In this document: positions 54,711 to 63,905 of the stretch, piece by piece
Numbering within the stretch: position 1 is the first letter of the stretch
Layout: each line of letters opens with the position of its first letter
NCBI GenBank assembly: GCA_964455655.1
Contig: CAYVWZ010000003.1
Location: forward strand, 804 to 64,803
Source: Candidatus Woesearchaeota archaeon
GTDB lineage: Archaea > Nanobdellota > Nanobdellia > SCGC-AAA011-G17 > JACPNG01
Reading direction: 5' to 3'
Length of the DNA stretch: 64,000 nt
The notes under the pieces: model-generated
What the model was told of the DNA's origin: nothing
The model's input: the letters and a program-made list of their open reading frames with translations, nothing else
Database searches by the model: none
Position numbers and translations under genes: made by a program

Positions 54711-55319
54711 TTAAATTTCTCTTCCACATGGGGCATTTGCGAGTTCTGAGATGTATTCTTTGTTTACGGTTGAATTCCCATTCTCAATACTCAAAATGGT
54801 TTCTTCAAAGAATTCTTTGTAATAGGTATAATTCTTATCTTGTAAGTATGTTTCGTTATGTGTTAACATCCTCGTATTCCATTCTGTTAATTGTTCTTGT
54901 GCTTCTTCGAAGTTTTCTTCTGCTAAGTGTTCTTCGTTATGATTCATAAAGACATAGTAGTGTGATAATAAATGTCCTGGGCATATTGGTTCTTCTCCTG
55001 TTTTTACATATTCATAGAGGAATCCTAGTCCGTGTCCGATGTGAGGGTATTCTTGATAGGTTGCTAAAGTTACTAATTCTTCTACTTCATGTTCTCCATT
55101 GTTATTTCCCTCTACTAATGCTTGTAAGTGTACAAAGTCTTTTTCGCTCATATTTCTTGCTTCTAATGGGCCTAATAATCTGTTAATTTCTGTTAGTATT
55201 TCTTTGTTTCCTGTAATGTTTTTTTCTTGGGTATAATGTTTGATGAAAGAGCTTATGAGAAATACGATTACTATAATGATGATAATTGATACAATTTTGA
55301 GGTTAGCGTTTGTTTTCAT
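54711..55319 (-). CDS. membrane-anchored His-rich hypothetical protein
   Basis: N-terminal TM, then several His-containing segments (EYPHIGHGLGF, CPGHLLSHYYVFMNHNEEH). Confidence 0.5.
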   Translation of the reverse strand: MKTNANLKIVSIIIIIVIVFLISSFIKHYTQEKNITGNKEILTEINRLLGPLEARNMSEKDFVHLQALVEGNNNGEHEVEELVTLATYQEYPHIGHGLGFLYEYVKTGEEPICPGHLLSHYYVFMNHNEEHLAEENFEEAQEQLTEWNTRMLTHNETYLQDKNYTYYKEFFEETILSIENGNSTVNKEYISELANAPCGREI

Positions 55320-55338
55320 AATTAAAAAAAAGAAAAAA

Positions 55339-55764
55339 TTATTCAGTCACGATTAACGTTCCCGTCATTTCTCTATGTCCGTCTCCGCAGAATGTTGGGC
55401 ATCTGAATGAGAAGGTTCCTGCTTTGTCTGGAGTGAATTCAACAGAGTCTATTCCTGTTACTCCAAGTTCAGGTATGGATATTCCGTGAGTGGTATCTTC
55501 ATTGTTGATGACGAGTTTTACTTTTTCTCCTTTCTTTACAGTGATAGTACTTGGAGAGTATTCGAATCGTTCAGCTTCAATGGTGATAGCGTTCACATCA
55601 TTTCCAGTTTCTTGGTTTGCGGTGTTTCCGTCAGTAGTTTCTGAATCATCAATAGTTCCTTTTCCGTCGTCTGTTACAACAACTTGTCTATCGTCTGATG
55701 GTGAACATCCTGCGAGGATTACTCCGACCAAGAGAATTCCTATAAGTAATGGTGTGTATTTCAT
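55339..55764 (-). CDS. cupredoxin-domain lipoprotein with CuA-type ligand motif
   Basis: Lipobox LAGCS. The THGISIPELG upstream His and CPTFCGDGHREM match the C-x3-C-x3-H-x2-M CuA pattern. Confidence 0.7.
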   Translation of the reverse strand: MKYTPLLIGILLVGVILAGCSPSDDRQVVVTDDGKGTIDDSETTDGNTANQETGNDVNAITIEAERFEYSPSTITVKKGEKVKLVINNEDTTHGISIPELGVTGIDSVEFTPDKAGTFSFRCPTFCGDGHREMTGTLIVTE

Positions 55765-55805
55765 AGTGTTGTCGAAATTGTGTCTTTTTTAAAGATTATG
55801 CAAGT

Positions 55806-57056
55806 CTACTCGTGGCGTAGTGCTTCTATTGGTTTGAGTTTTGATGCTCTATATGCTGGTAGTGCTCCTGAAATCATTCCTATGAGCATTGAGAAGACTA
55901 ATGAGAAAATGAGTAAGTTGAGGCTAATAACGGTGTTTAGTCCTCCATTACCTCCAGGTCCTATTTGGAATCCTATGGATGGTAAAATGTAGGATATTGA
56001 TACTCCGAAAATAATTCCTAATATTCCTCCAACTAATCCTAATAATCCTGAATTGAATAAGAAGATGAGGAGAATGTCTGAATTTTTTGCGCCTATTGCT
56101 TTCATGATTCCTATATCTTTTGTTTTTTCTAAGACAGAAGTGAACATAGTGTTTGCTACTCCTATTCCTCCTACAAATAATGATACTGCTGCAATAACTC
56201 CTAGAAATATTGTTACTCCGCTGGTGATTGCGCTAAATCTCTCTTGTAATGCTGCTGCTGATGTTACAGAAAAGTCTTGTTTGTCTGGTGTTACATGGTG
56301 AACATTTTGTAGTGTTGTTTCTATTTTGTTTGTTACTTCTTCAACAAGTGTTGGATCATCAACTTTAACGCTTATGGAGGAGTATTCGTTTTCTTCTAGT
56401 TCTAGTGTGTCTGATAGTACTTCTCGTGCGTCTTTTGTTGACATGTATATTGCATTGTCTGAACTTCCGAATCCGCTTGATGGTTCGAGTATTCCTACAA
56501 CTCTAAAGGGTATATCATTGATTGTGATTAAGTATCCAACGTTAAGGTCTCCTCGAAAGACATCGCGTGCTACTCTGTCTCCAATAACGACTGCTCTTAT
56601 TTCTCCCTGTCCTATGTATCTTCCTGAATCTATTGCTGTTGTTACAAATTCTTTGAGTAATGCAGGGTCTCCTCCCTGTATGGACATACTTGCAGTTTCG
56701 CTTTGGTATTTGATATCTGCTCTTCCTGATATGGATGGATTGATGTATTTTATTCCTGGCACTAGTTTGAGTGCTTGTACATCTCTTTCGGAGAGTTTTT
56801 TGACGTTGGTAGCAGTGCTTCCTCCTCCACTTCCAGGCCCTCCGAATGCTCTTGAGCTTCCTGCGCTGATAGAAATAAGGTCTTGTCCTAGTCCTTGGAT
56901 TTGAGAGTTTACATTTTCTTGTAATCCTTGTCCTACGGAGATGATTGCAACGACTGCTGCTACTCCTATGAATATTCCAATGATCGTTAGCCAGCTTCGT
57001 AGTTTACTATGTACGAGCATGTTTAACGAGAGCTGGAATATTTTAGAGAGTTTCAT
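55806..57056 (-). CDS. ABC transporter permease, MacB/FtsX family
   Basis: N-terminal TM, a large extracytoplasmic domain and a C-terminal FtsX 3-TM bundle (MKAIGAKNSDILLIFL...). Confidence 0.85.
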   Translation of the reverse strand: MKLSKIFQLSLNMLVHSKLRSWLTIIGIFIGVAAVVAIISVGQGLQENVNSQIQGLGQDLISISAGSSRAFGGPGSGGGSTATNVKKLSERDVQALKLVPGIKYINPSISGRADIKYQSETASMSIQGGDPALLKEFVTTAIDSGRYIGQGEIRAVVIGDRVARDVFRGDLNVGYLITINDIPFRVVGILEPSSGFGSSDNAIYMSTKDAREVLSDTLELEENEYSSISVKVDDPTLVEEVTNKIETTLQNVHHVTPDKQDFSVTSAAALQERFSAITSGVTIFLGVIAAVSLFVGGIGVANTMFTSVLEKTKDIGIMKAIGAKNSDILLIFLFNSGLLGLVGGILGIIFGVSISYILPSIGFQIGPGGNGGLNTVISLNLLIFSLVFSMLIGMISGALPAYRASKLKPIEALRHE

Positions 57057-57973
57057 TTCTTCTTTTTCCTCTTAAGGAATAATACTAAAATGATTCCTAT
57101 AACAAGTCCTGCAATTCCGTAATAGTATTTTGTCATACTACTTTGTTTTTGTACTGTTCCGTTTCCAAAGGTTGTAGCAGTGCTTCCTAGTACTACAGGG
57201 ACTGTTTTTTCTAGAGTGTTTCGTACTCCCGCAGTATCCGTATATGCTACTTGTATGGTTACTTCTTTCAAGTCTTTGTTAGGGGTTATAGGGAATGTTA
57301 CGGTTGTAAAGTCTCCCGTGTCTAAGTTTCCTACGATTGATGCTTGTGGTCCATTTACCGTTAGTCCTTCTTGTTCTTTCAAACTTATCGATACTGCGGT
57401 TGCTGCATTTTCTCCAGTATTAGCTATTGCGAATGATGTTCCCTGTGTTGTTGAGTCTTGCATAACAACTTCGAAGTCAGTTTTTGTTTTTCCTATAACG
57501 ATGGGTAGATCTTTTACTGCTTTTGTACTATAGGTACTTGTGGTGTCTGCTGTTGCTATGAATTTTAAGTTTGATATTCCTTCTGGTGCATTGTCTGCGG
57601 CTTTTACTCTGTATTTGATTACGACTTCGCTTGCGTGTCCGTCAGCGTCTACTTTGTATCCGTTCTTTGATCCAAGGATAAGTCCGTAATCGCGCACTAA
57701 TTTTTCTGATGATGAGAAGGGATAGTCTGGTACTAATTCAAAGCGTGCGTTTAATGCATCTGCTTGTCCTACGTTTTGTACTTTTATCCATACATCAAAC
57801 CAGTCTCCTGCATTTACAGGGTATGGTTCGTACTTGAGTGTTTCTACGATGAAGTTTGCCGTTTCAGGATTTCCTGAGCTTGAGGTGTCTGTTGTGTTTT
57901 CTTGATACATTGCTCCGAATGCTATGTTTATGCTTAGTAGGAGTATGAGTATTCCTACGAATGTTTTTTTCAT
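57053..57973 (-). CDS. extracytoplasmic beta-rich (CARDB/COG1361-like) protein with C-terminal TM anchor
   Basis: Signal peptide, a YEPYPVNAGDWFDVWIKVQNVGQADALN pattern and a C-terminal TM plus KRKKKK. It overlaps both ABC genes by 4 nt. Confidence 0.55.
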   Translation of the reverse strand: MKKTFVGILILLLSINIAFGAMYQENTTDTSSSGNPETANFIVETLKYEPYPVNAGDWFDVWIKVQNVGQADALNARFELVPDYPFSSSEKLVRDYGLILGSKNGYKVDADGHASEVVIKYRVKAADNAPEGISNLKFIATADTTSTYSTKAVKDLPIVIGKTKTDFEVVMQDSTTQGTSFAIANTGENAATAVSISLKEQEGLTVNGPQASIVGNLDTGDFTTVTFPITPNKDLKEVTIQVAYTDTAGVRNTLEKTVPVVLGSTATTFGNGTVQKQSSMTKYYYGIAGLVIGIILVLFLKRKKKK

Positions 57974-58659
57974 TTTGTTTCCTCCTTGATGACTTTGCCA
58001 TCTGCTAATTGTACCACTTTTTCTCCGTATTTGACAAGGTTAGTATCGTGTGTGACGAAGATGATGGTTTTTCCTTGATCGTGAAGTGTTGTGAAGAGTT
58101 TCAGAATTTCTTGTCCTGTTTTACTATCGAGATTTCCTGTTGGTTCGTCTGCGAGTATTACTTCTGGATTATTTGCTAATGCTCTTGCTATTGCTACTCG
58201 TTGTTGTTGTCCTCCTGATAGTTCTTTTGGTTTGTGATACATTCTATCTTTGAGTCCAACACTCTCTAGTACGTTGATTGCTTTTTCTTTTGCATTGTCT
58301 ATTCCTTGGAATTCCATGGGGAGCATGACATTTTCTAGTGCTGATAGTGTTTGTATGAGGTTAAATTGTTGAAAGACGAATCCTATTTTCTTTCCTCGAA
58401 TAGTTGCGAGTGTTGATTCATCTAATGATGAAATATCGTGTCCGTCTAAGTATATTGCTCCTTTTGAGGGCGTGTCTAATGCTCCTACGAGTGACATCAT
58501 GGGTGATTTTTCTGATCCTGATGCTCCTGTTATTGCTACAAATTCTCCTGAATTAATGGTGAGGTTTACTCCTCGTAGTGCTTCTACGGTTACATCTCCT
58601 GTTTGGTAGATTTTCCATACGTCTTCGAGTTTAATAACTGCTTTTTGTTGTTTTTTCAT
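57970..58659 (-). CDS. ABC transporter ATP-binding protein (MacB/LolD-like) with atypical Walker A
   Basis: [26 protein letters not shown] and VTHD are intact. Walker A reads GASGSEKS instead of G-x4-G-K-[ST]. Confidence 0.85.
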   Translation of the reverse strand: MKKQQKAVIKLEDVWKIYQTGDVTVEALRGVNLTINSGEFVAITGASGSEKSPMMSLVGALDTPSKGAIYLDGHDISSLDESTLATIRGKKIGFVFQQFNLIQTLSALENVMLPMEFQGIDNAKEKAINVLESVGLKDRMYHKPKELSGGQQQRVAIARALANNPEVILADEPTGNLDSKTGQEILKLFTTLHDQGKTIIFVTHDTNLVKYGEKVVQLADGKVIKEETK

Positions 58660-58759
58660 GGTATTAAGTGGCAGAGAGGCTAGGAAACCATATAAGTCTT
58701 GTGAAAGGATAATCTAAATTAGAAGGCTTTATTAATACAATTTTTAGAAGGGTTCTATA

Positions 58760-59170
58760 ATGGTTACCTATAAGCAACTCTGTATTTCTTGTAAAAAAAA
58801 TTATGTTTTAATGAAAGCTCGTAGGCAGCGTCCTCTCTGTATTGATTGTGAGATGAAGCAATTGTTTGAGGAGCCTATTGATAATCCTAAGTATGAAAAA
58901 TTGTTTAATATTCCTAAGGAGTTGTATTTAGGTTCTTATTTCTTGCGTGATATTCGTCGTAAGTATAACATGTTAGGTTTTGTTACGGAGCGTCAAGAGT
59001 CTGCATTTAAGAGAACAGTGAAAGAAATGCAAGATCCAAAAAAGCAGGCTGAGTGGGCGAAGAAGCAAGAAGAGAAAGCTTCGAAGAAGAAAACGGAAAA
59101 GAAATCTTTGCTTACAGATGAAGAGAAGAGAATGCTTGGTTTAGAAGTTACTCCGAAAGTGTATAGATAA
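58760..59170 (+). CDS. zinc-ribbon protein with Lys-rich C-terminus
   Basis: C-x2-C-x17-C-x2-C (CISCKK...CIDCE), then a basic/acidic helical tail. Confidence 0.5.
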   Translation: MVTYKQLCISCKKNYVLMKARRQRPLCIDCEMKQLFEEPIDNPKYEKLFNIPKELYLGSYFLRDIRRKYNMLGFVTERQESAFKRTVKEMQDPKKQAEWAKKQEEKASKKKTEKKSLLTDEEKRMLGLEVTPKVYR

Positions 59171-59477
59171 TTAATACGGGAGTGTAATATTGACTCTTGA
59201 TATTCCTTTAAGCTCATTTGTTATTCTCGTGCTTACACGTTGAACAAGGTCTGGATGGTCATATACTTTTGAAAAAAGGTCCATATCACTTCCAATTCCA
59301 TTTGGTGTTCGCGTAACATTAAGAATTACAACAGGCCCATATGCACGTTCATCTCCTTGAACTCCTACACTATGAACACCTTCAGGGATACGTGCCTGGG
59401 TTTATGCCTTCAAGTCCTGCTTCAGTTCTAAAGATGGCTTGGGCTTTAGCTTCTAGTGATTCTAAAGTAGTTTCCAT
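59171..59477 (-). pseudogene. guaA: GMP synthase (guaA) C-terminal domain remnant, frameshifted and truncated
   Basis: Manual minus-strand translation. Frame a gives METTLESLEAKAQAIFRTEAGLEGINPGTYP*. Frame b gives PEGVHSVGVQGDERAYGPVVILNVTRTPNGIGSDMDLFSKVYDHPDLVQRVSTRITNELKGISRVNITLPY*. The V-G-V-x-G-D-x-R-x-Y and R-I-x-N-E-[VL]-x-G-[IV]-x-R-V patterns are the GMP_synt_C signature. The ATP-PPase part and the terminal K-P-P-x-T-I-E-W-E are absent. Confidence 0.6.
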
Positions 59478-59529
59478 AGTTTATCATTAGCAAAGTTCTT
59501 TAAATGATTTATGATCTGTAAAAGTTCAA

Positions 59530-59613
59530 GCGGGGATCGCATAATCCGGTAGTGCGCTAGTCTCGAAAACTAGTTTCCGCAAGGATATGGGGGTTCAAAT
59601 CCCTCTCCCCGCG
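59530..59613 (+). tRNA. tRNA-Ser(CGA)
   Basis: Acceptor GCGGGGA/TCCCCGC plus G, anticodon stem CTAGT/ACTAG with loop CTCGAAA, a long variable arm and T-arm GGGGG-TTCAAAT-CCCTC. Confidence 0.9.
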
Positions 59614-59614
59614 C

Positions 59615-60295
59615 TTACTCTTTTGTAAGAACCCTTTCTCTGTCCAGAAGTTTAGTAGGATCTGATGTTCTGCCATAACCGCCTATTCCATCATTGTTAA
59701 TCCATGGTAAGCTTATGGTTGTTGAACTAAATCTTTCTCGTTCCATTCTTACAAAATAAGAACCATTACTTGAATCTGTTACGAGAAGTGCGCGTGGGTC
59801 TCCAAAGGGTTCTTCTCTTTGGTATGTAGGTAATATTCCATTAACCTGAGGATGTATTTCACGAACTGCTCTTTGAGTAAAATTATGAGAGTCATATTTT
59901 ATTCCATCTAGAGTGTACCATCCATCAGCTTCCTGAATGTCATCTCGTGCAGGAACTCTTGATTCTAGTCCTGAAGTTCGAGGGAATGCACTTTCAAATC
60001 TTGAGCTACCAACTCCTGCTCCAGTAGAGAGCCAGCTTCTTCCATAGCCTAATCCTGAAAATCTAGAAGTAAGTACAGACCCTCTTGAATAAGGATCATC
60101 GAATCTGCTTGGTGTTGATGGTGTATCATATCTTGATGATTTTTTCTTTTCTTTCTCTGCTTCTCTAGCGCGTGTTTTTTCGAGTTTTCTTTCTTGTGCT
60201 GCTTCGTCAAGTTTTCTTTGCCGTGCAGCTAGTGCTTTTTTCTTTGCGCCACCATAATCATGTTTTGGTTTTTGTGATGCTCTGCTTCCTGCCAT
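59615..60295 (-). CDS. hypothetical protein with basic low-complexity N-terminus
   Basis: 226-aa ORF, last gene of the 61060..63348 gene string. No motif recognised. Confidence 0.5.
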   Translation of the reverse strand: MAGSRASQKPKHDYGGAKKKALAARQRKLDEAAQERKLEKTRAREAEKEKKKSSRYDTPSTPSRFDDPYSRGSVLTSRFSGLGYGRSWLSTGAGVGSSRFESAFPRTSGLESRVPARDDIQEADGWYTLDGIKYDSHNFTQRAVREIHPQVNGILPTYQREEPFGDPRALLVTDSSNGSYFVRMERERFSSTTISLPWINNDGIGGYGRTSDPTKLLDRERVLTKE

Positions 60296-60297
60296 AG

Positions 60298-60999
60298 TTA
60301 CTCCTGTTTATGTCGTTGGTTTCTTTTATGAACGAAGTATTTTTGTATTGATTTTCTGTTAAGAAGTAATAAAATAATAAGGAGTATTCCTGCTAAGATT
60401 AAGTAGCTTATGCGAGTATTTTTTGGTATGATTCTCTTGTACCATGGTTCTTTTGTTCCGCTTGTAATGTCAGGTGTTGCGTTTCCTCCGTTATACACGT
60501 GAGGGTTTGCTTCTAGTCCTTCAGTGTTTTGAGGTATGAGCATCATGGTTATTCCTTCTTGTTCATCAATATCAAGAACTTGAATAACTAAATCTTGTAT
60601 TTCATCAAATTCGAAGTCTAATTGTAAGGAGTCTCCTTTTGCAAGTCGTGGATAATATGGTCTATCAGCATCGTGAATAAATACTGCAAGTTCAACTATT
60701 TCTTTGTTTCCTGTTGCATTGGTGCTTCTACCTATTTTTTCTATTTTTATTGCGTGATCTTGATCTTCTGTGGTGAATTCTATTTGTTCGCTTCCATTAA
60801 CAAGTTCTGGTTGTTTGTAGACGCGTGTAGGATAGGTAAATCCGAGAATATCTTGTGGTGCTAATTTAAAGAACACGGGTTGTAATCCTTGGAATTCTAC
60901 AGTGTGTCTTTTTCCAGGGGTGGTGGTTATATTGTCTTCTGCAAGAGCGAGAGGAACAATAAAGAGGCTAAGGAGTAATAATGCAAGGAGTTTTTTCAT
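60298..60999 (-). CDS. secreted protein with C-terminal TM anchor
   Basis: Signal peptide MKKLLALLLLSLFIVPLALA and a C-terminal TM plus a basic tail. Confidence 0.55.
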   Translation of the reverse strand: MKKLLALLLLSLFIVPLALAEDNITTTPGKRHTVEFQGLQPVFFKLAPQDILGFTYPTRVYKQPELVNGSEQIEFTTEDQDHAIKIEKIGRSTNATGNKEIVELAVFIHDADRPYYPRLAKGDSLQLDFEFDEIQDLVIQVLDIDEQEGITMMLIPQNTEGLEANPHVYNGGNATPDITSGTKEPWYKRIIPKNTRISYLILAGILLIILLLLNRKSIQKYFVHKRNQRHKQE

Positions 61000-61059
61000 C
61001 TTAAATCAGGCTCTTTCACGATTTATAAGAATTATGCACATAAAATATAGAAGAAGGAG

Positions 61060-63348
61060 TTATGCTTTTTGTCGTTTTCTAAGGACGATAAATCCTACAA
61101 TGACAAGTACGATCAGTCCTGCGCTTACTAACCATGTAATGAATGTTTTTTGAGTAAGTCCTTCATCTTTTATTGGAGGAGTATCGGGTTGTGTTGGTTG
61201 TGCTGTTGGTTCATCTGGGAGTATGACAGGTTCTTCTTGATCAATAGTTGGTTCTTCAATGTTATTTTCGTATTTGGTGAGGGTGATATTTGCAAAGTCT
61301 TCTGCAACAGAGTTGAGTGTGACTTTAACATCAAATGTTCCGTCTCCATTTACATCGATATAGTCTGTTTGTCCTACGGTGAGTGTTGTTCTTGTTGGTT
61401 CGCTTTCAATACGAAGTGTTACGGTGGTATCAGTTATGTCTTCGAATACAATTTTGTGTTTTTGTGTGCCTTCAAGAGTGAATGTTTTTATTTGTGATTT
61501 TCTTGCTTGGAGTGTTTTGCTTTCTTCTTTACTAAAATCAATATCATAGTTCGGGGTAGTGCTTCTTCCGCCTCCGCCTCCGCCTCCACCTGTTTGGTTT
61601 CCGCTGCCGCCTGTGAGAACAGTAAATCTTGCTCCTTCGCTTGTGGTGCTGCTTCCTACATTGTCCGTGATTCTACAAGTGACGGTGTATTCTCCGATAG
61701 CTTGTGTTTGTTCGCCTTCAAAGGTGTGGCTTCCGCATCCGGTCTCTGCTACTTGGTCTCCGTTAGGTTGTGTGAGAGTGATTTGACAGCTTGAGACTCC
61801 GCTTGTTTCATCTGCTCCTGTGCAGCTCGTGCTAATGCTATTTCCTGGTCTTGCTGTTCCCTGTGATACGGATGCTGTTGCTGATGGATTGTCTGAATCA
61901 ATGATGACAAGTCCGTTATAGATTGCTGTTGCCCATAGTGGTCCGCTAACGTTTGCGAGTGCTGCGAAGTTCATGTATGTTCCGTTTGTAGTGTTAGCTT
62001 GTGATGGTGTAATGGTTGCTTGGTATATTGCTTTTCCATCTCCCATTGCGCTAGTAATATTATATGCAGTAATATTTGTTCCACTAAAGATGTCTACGGT
62101 TTGGGTGGTGGTGTTCATGATAAAGTAGAGTGTTGTTGCGTTGGGTTTTGTTCCGTAGCGTGTTGCGTTGGTGTAATTAGCAAGGCTTGCTGCTGCTCCA
62201 ACTGTTGAGTTAAGAGCTCCTTGTGATTCTATGATGAGTGTTAAGTTTGCTCCTCCGTAGAGATATCCGTAAGTGCTTGTTGAAATATTGTTTCCTACGA
62301 GGCTTACAGTGTTTCCTCTGCTGTCAGTAATGTTGATGTTGGTAATGTTTGGTAATGAATCATCAATAGTATATTCGTATGATCTGTTTGCTAAGCTTAC
62401 TCCGTTGAAGGGTCTTGTATTGTTTTGGTAGAGAGCGTTTCCTGCAAGGTCATATGCTGCGAATTTGAATTTTACAATTCCGTCTCCATCTGAGTCTCCA
62501 GCAGTCCAACATTGAGTGTTGACGCTTCCGTTGTAAACATCTATGCTTGAACCATCGCTTAATTGGCTTAGTGTTTGATTTCCATAATATCCATTTGAGC
62601 CTATTGCGAGTGGTGTTGTTAAATTACAGAGGTAGTATACTTGCGCAGTGTTAAAGTTGCTGTCTTCTATTTCTACATTCACGCTGTGATTGTAGCTTTT
62701 TCTGAGCATTGGTCCAATGAGTAGTCCTGCAGAGCTAAATTCTGGTGGGCTTACAAGTCCTAGTGCTGAGTAATTATAGGAGTATTTTCCAAATTCTGAG
62801 GAGTTGCTTGTGCTGTTCCATCCTGTGGTGTTTCCATCAGTGACGTTAACAACATATACTCGTGGTGCTTGTGAGTCAATAATAGTATAGACTGTTGTTG
62901 ATGCAATGGATCCGTTAACATAGGTGATGTTGATATCCCATGGTATTCTGTTAATATCTGCTACGGTTGGTGTTTGTGATAACAGGCTCATACTGAAGAC
63001 GAGGCTTCCGTTATTTGCTGTTGCGGTAGTATTTCTCCAGAATAATGAGGTATATCCTCCGCTAGAACTATTGCTTCTGAAGGTGTAATTTCCATCAGAG
63101 GTCATGTTTGTTGATTTGTTTTGTAAGGAGTAGTTTCCATTAACCGTGATATTGATGAGTGAAATGTTTGTTCCGCTAACAATGGTAAAGTTGTATCGTG
63201 CTTCGGTGTTGTTTTTGATAAGAACATCGTAAGGACCACCACTAATAGTGACGTTTGTAGCAGTGAGGTTAAGATCAGCATGTGCAATACTTACAAAGAG
63301 TGTTAAAAATACCCCTAAGAGGATCATGGTCCATATTTTTTTGTTCAT
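61060..63348 (-). CDS. large surface (S-layer-like) protein, sequon-rich, C-terminally anchored
   Basis: 762 aa with a signal peptide and very many N-x-[ST] sequons. A G8 run, a Pro/Thr/Gln linker, then a TM plus RKRQKA complete it. Confidence 0.65.
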   Translation of the reverse strand: MNKKIWTMILLGVFLTLFVSIAHADLNLTATNVTISGGPYDVLIKNNTEARYNFTIVSGTNISLINITVNGNYSLQNKSTNMTSDGNYTFRSNSSSGGYTSLFWRNTTATANNGSLVFSMSLLSQTPTVADINRIPWDINITYVNGSIASTTVYTIIDSQAPRVYVVNVTDGNTTGWNSTSNSSEFGKYSYNYSALGLVSPPEFSSAGLLIGPMLRKSYNHSVNVEIEDSNFNTAQVYYLCNLTTPLAIGSNGYYGNQTLSQLSDGSSIDVYNGSVNTQCWTAGDSDGDGIVKFKFAAYDLAGNALYQNNTRPFNGVSLANRSYEYTIDDSLPNITNINITDSRGNTVSLVGNNISTSTYGYLYGGANLTLIIESQGALNSTVGAAASLANYTNATRYGTKPNATTLYFIMNTTTQTVDIFSGTNITAYNITSAMGDGKAIYQATITPSQANTTNGTYMNFAALANVSGPLWATAIYNGLVIIDSDNPSATASVSQGTARPGNSISTSCTGADETSGVSSCQITLTQPNGDQVAETGCGSHTFEGEQTQAIGEYTVTCRITDNVGSSTTSEGARFTVLTGGSGNQTGGGGGGGGRSTTPNYDIDFSKEESKTLQARKSQIKTFTLEGTQKHKIVFEDITDTTVTLRIESEPTRTTLTVGQTDYIDVNGDGTFDVKVTLNSVAEDFANITLTKYENNIEEPTIDQEEPVILPDEPTAQPTQPDTPPIKDEGLTQKTFITWLVSAGLIVLVIVGFIVLRKRQKA

Positions 63349-63470
63349 GAAGAAATTTTGATTTCGGGCTATATTTAAAGCTTTTTCTTGAATATCTACT
63401 TTTCACTGGTAGAGTGACAGTTTCGTGTGGAGGGTATGTTTTTTATAGGAAATTAAAAATTCGAAGAATA

Positions 63471-63905
63471 ATGAGAAAGTTTGAATGGATTGTTTGGAGT
63501 CTTGCAGTTCTAGGTTTAATTGTATTATTAGTAAATGGATATGTTATGGGTCTTCCTCTTCCTTCATTAAAGGCTATTAAGGAAAATCCTCAACAATTTG
63601 TGGGTAGGGAAGTTGAGTATTATGGGACTACTTCGAATCATACTGCTGAAGGGTTCTTGTTTTCTACAGGTGAACAATCTATTCAAGTTCTTGCTCCGAA
63701 TACGAGGGAAACAATTTTTGGCTATACTTCTTTCAAAGGGATAGTTCTTCCTGATGGAAGGATTCAAGCTTCTGAGATTTGGTATCATGATTATAGTTGG
63801 AATTTATTTATTCCTTCTATTATTGGTGGTATTTTGTTCATAGTGCTGTTCTTCTCTGAGTGGCGTATCCGTAAGTGGAGGTTTGTTCGATGCCGGATTG
63901 GATAA
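63471..63905 (+). CDS. membrane protein (N- and C-terminal TM)
   Basis: Start moved to MRKFEWIVWSLAVLGLIVLL. A small soluble domain sits between two TM helices. Confidence 0.45.
   Translation: MRKFEWIVWSLAVLGLIVLLVNGYVMGLPLPSLKAIKENPQQFVGREVEYYGTTSNHTAEGFLFSTGEQSIQVLAPNTRETIFGYTSFKGIVLPDGRIQASEIWYHDYSWNLFIPSIIGGILFIVLFFSEWRIRKWRFVRCRIG

Noticed and set aside
61559-61600. CCGCCTCCGCCTCCGCCTCC simple repeat, considered as a CRISPR or other repeat element
   Set aside because: It is the reverse complement of GGn codons encoding the G8 run inside the large surface protein. No spacer-repeat periodicity exists anywhere in the window.
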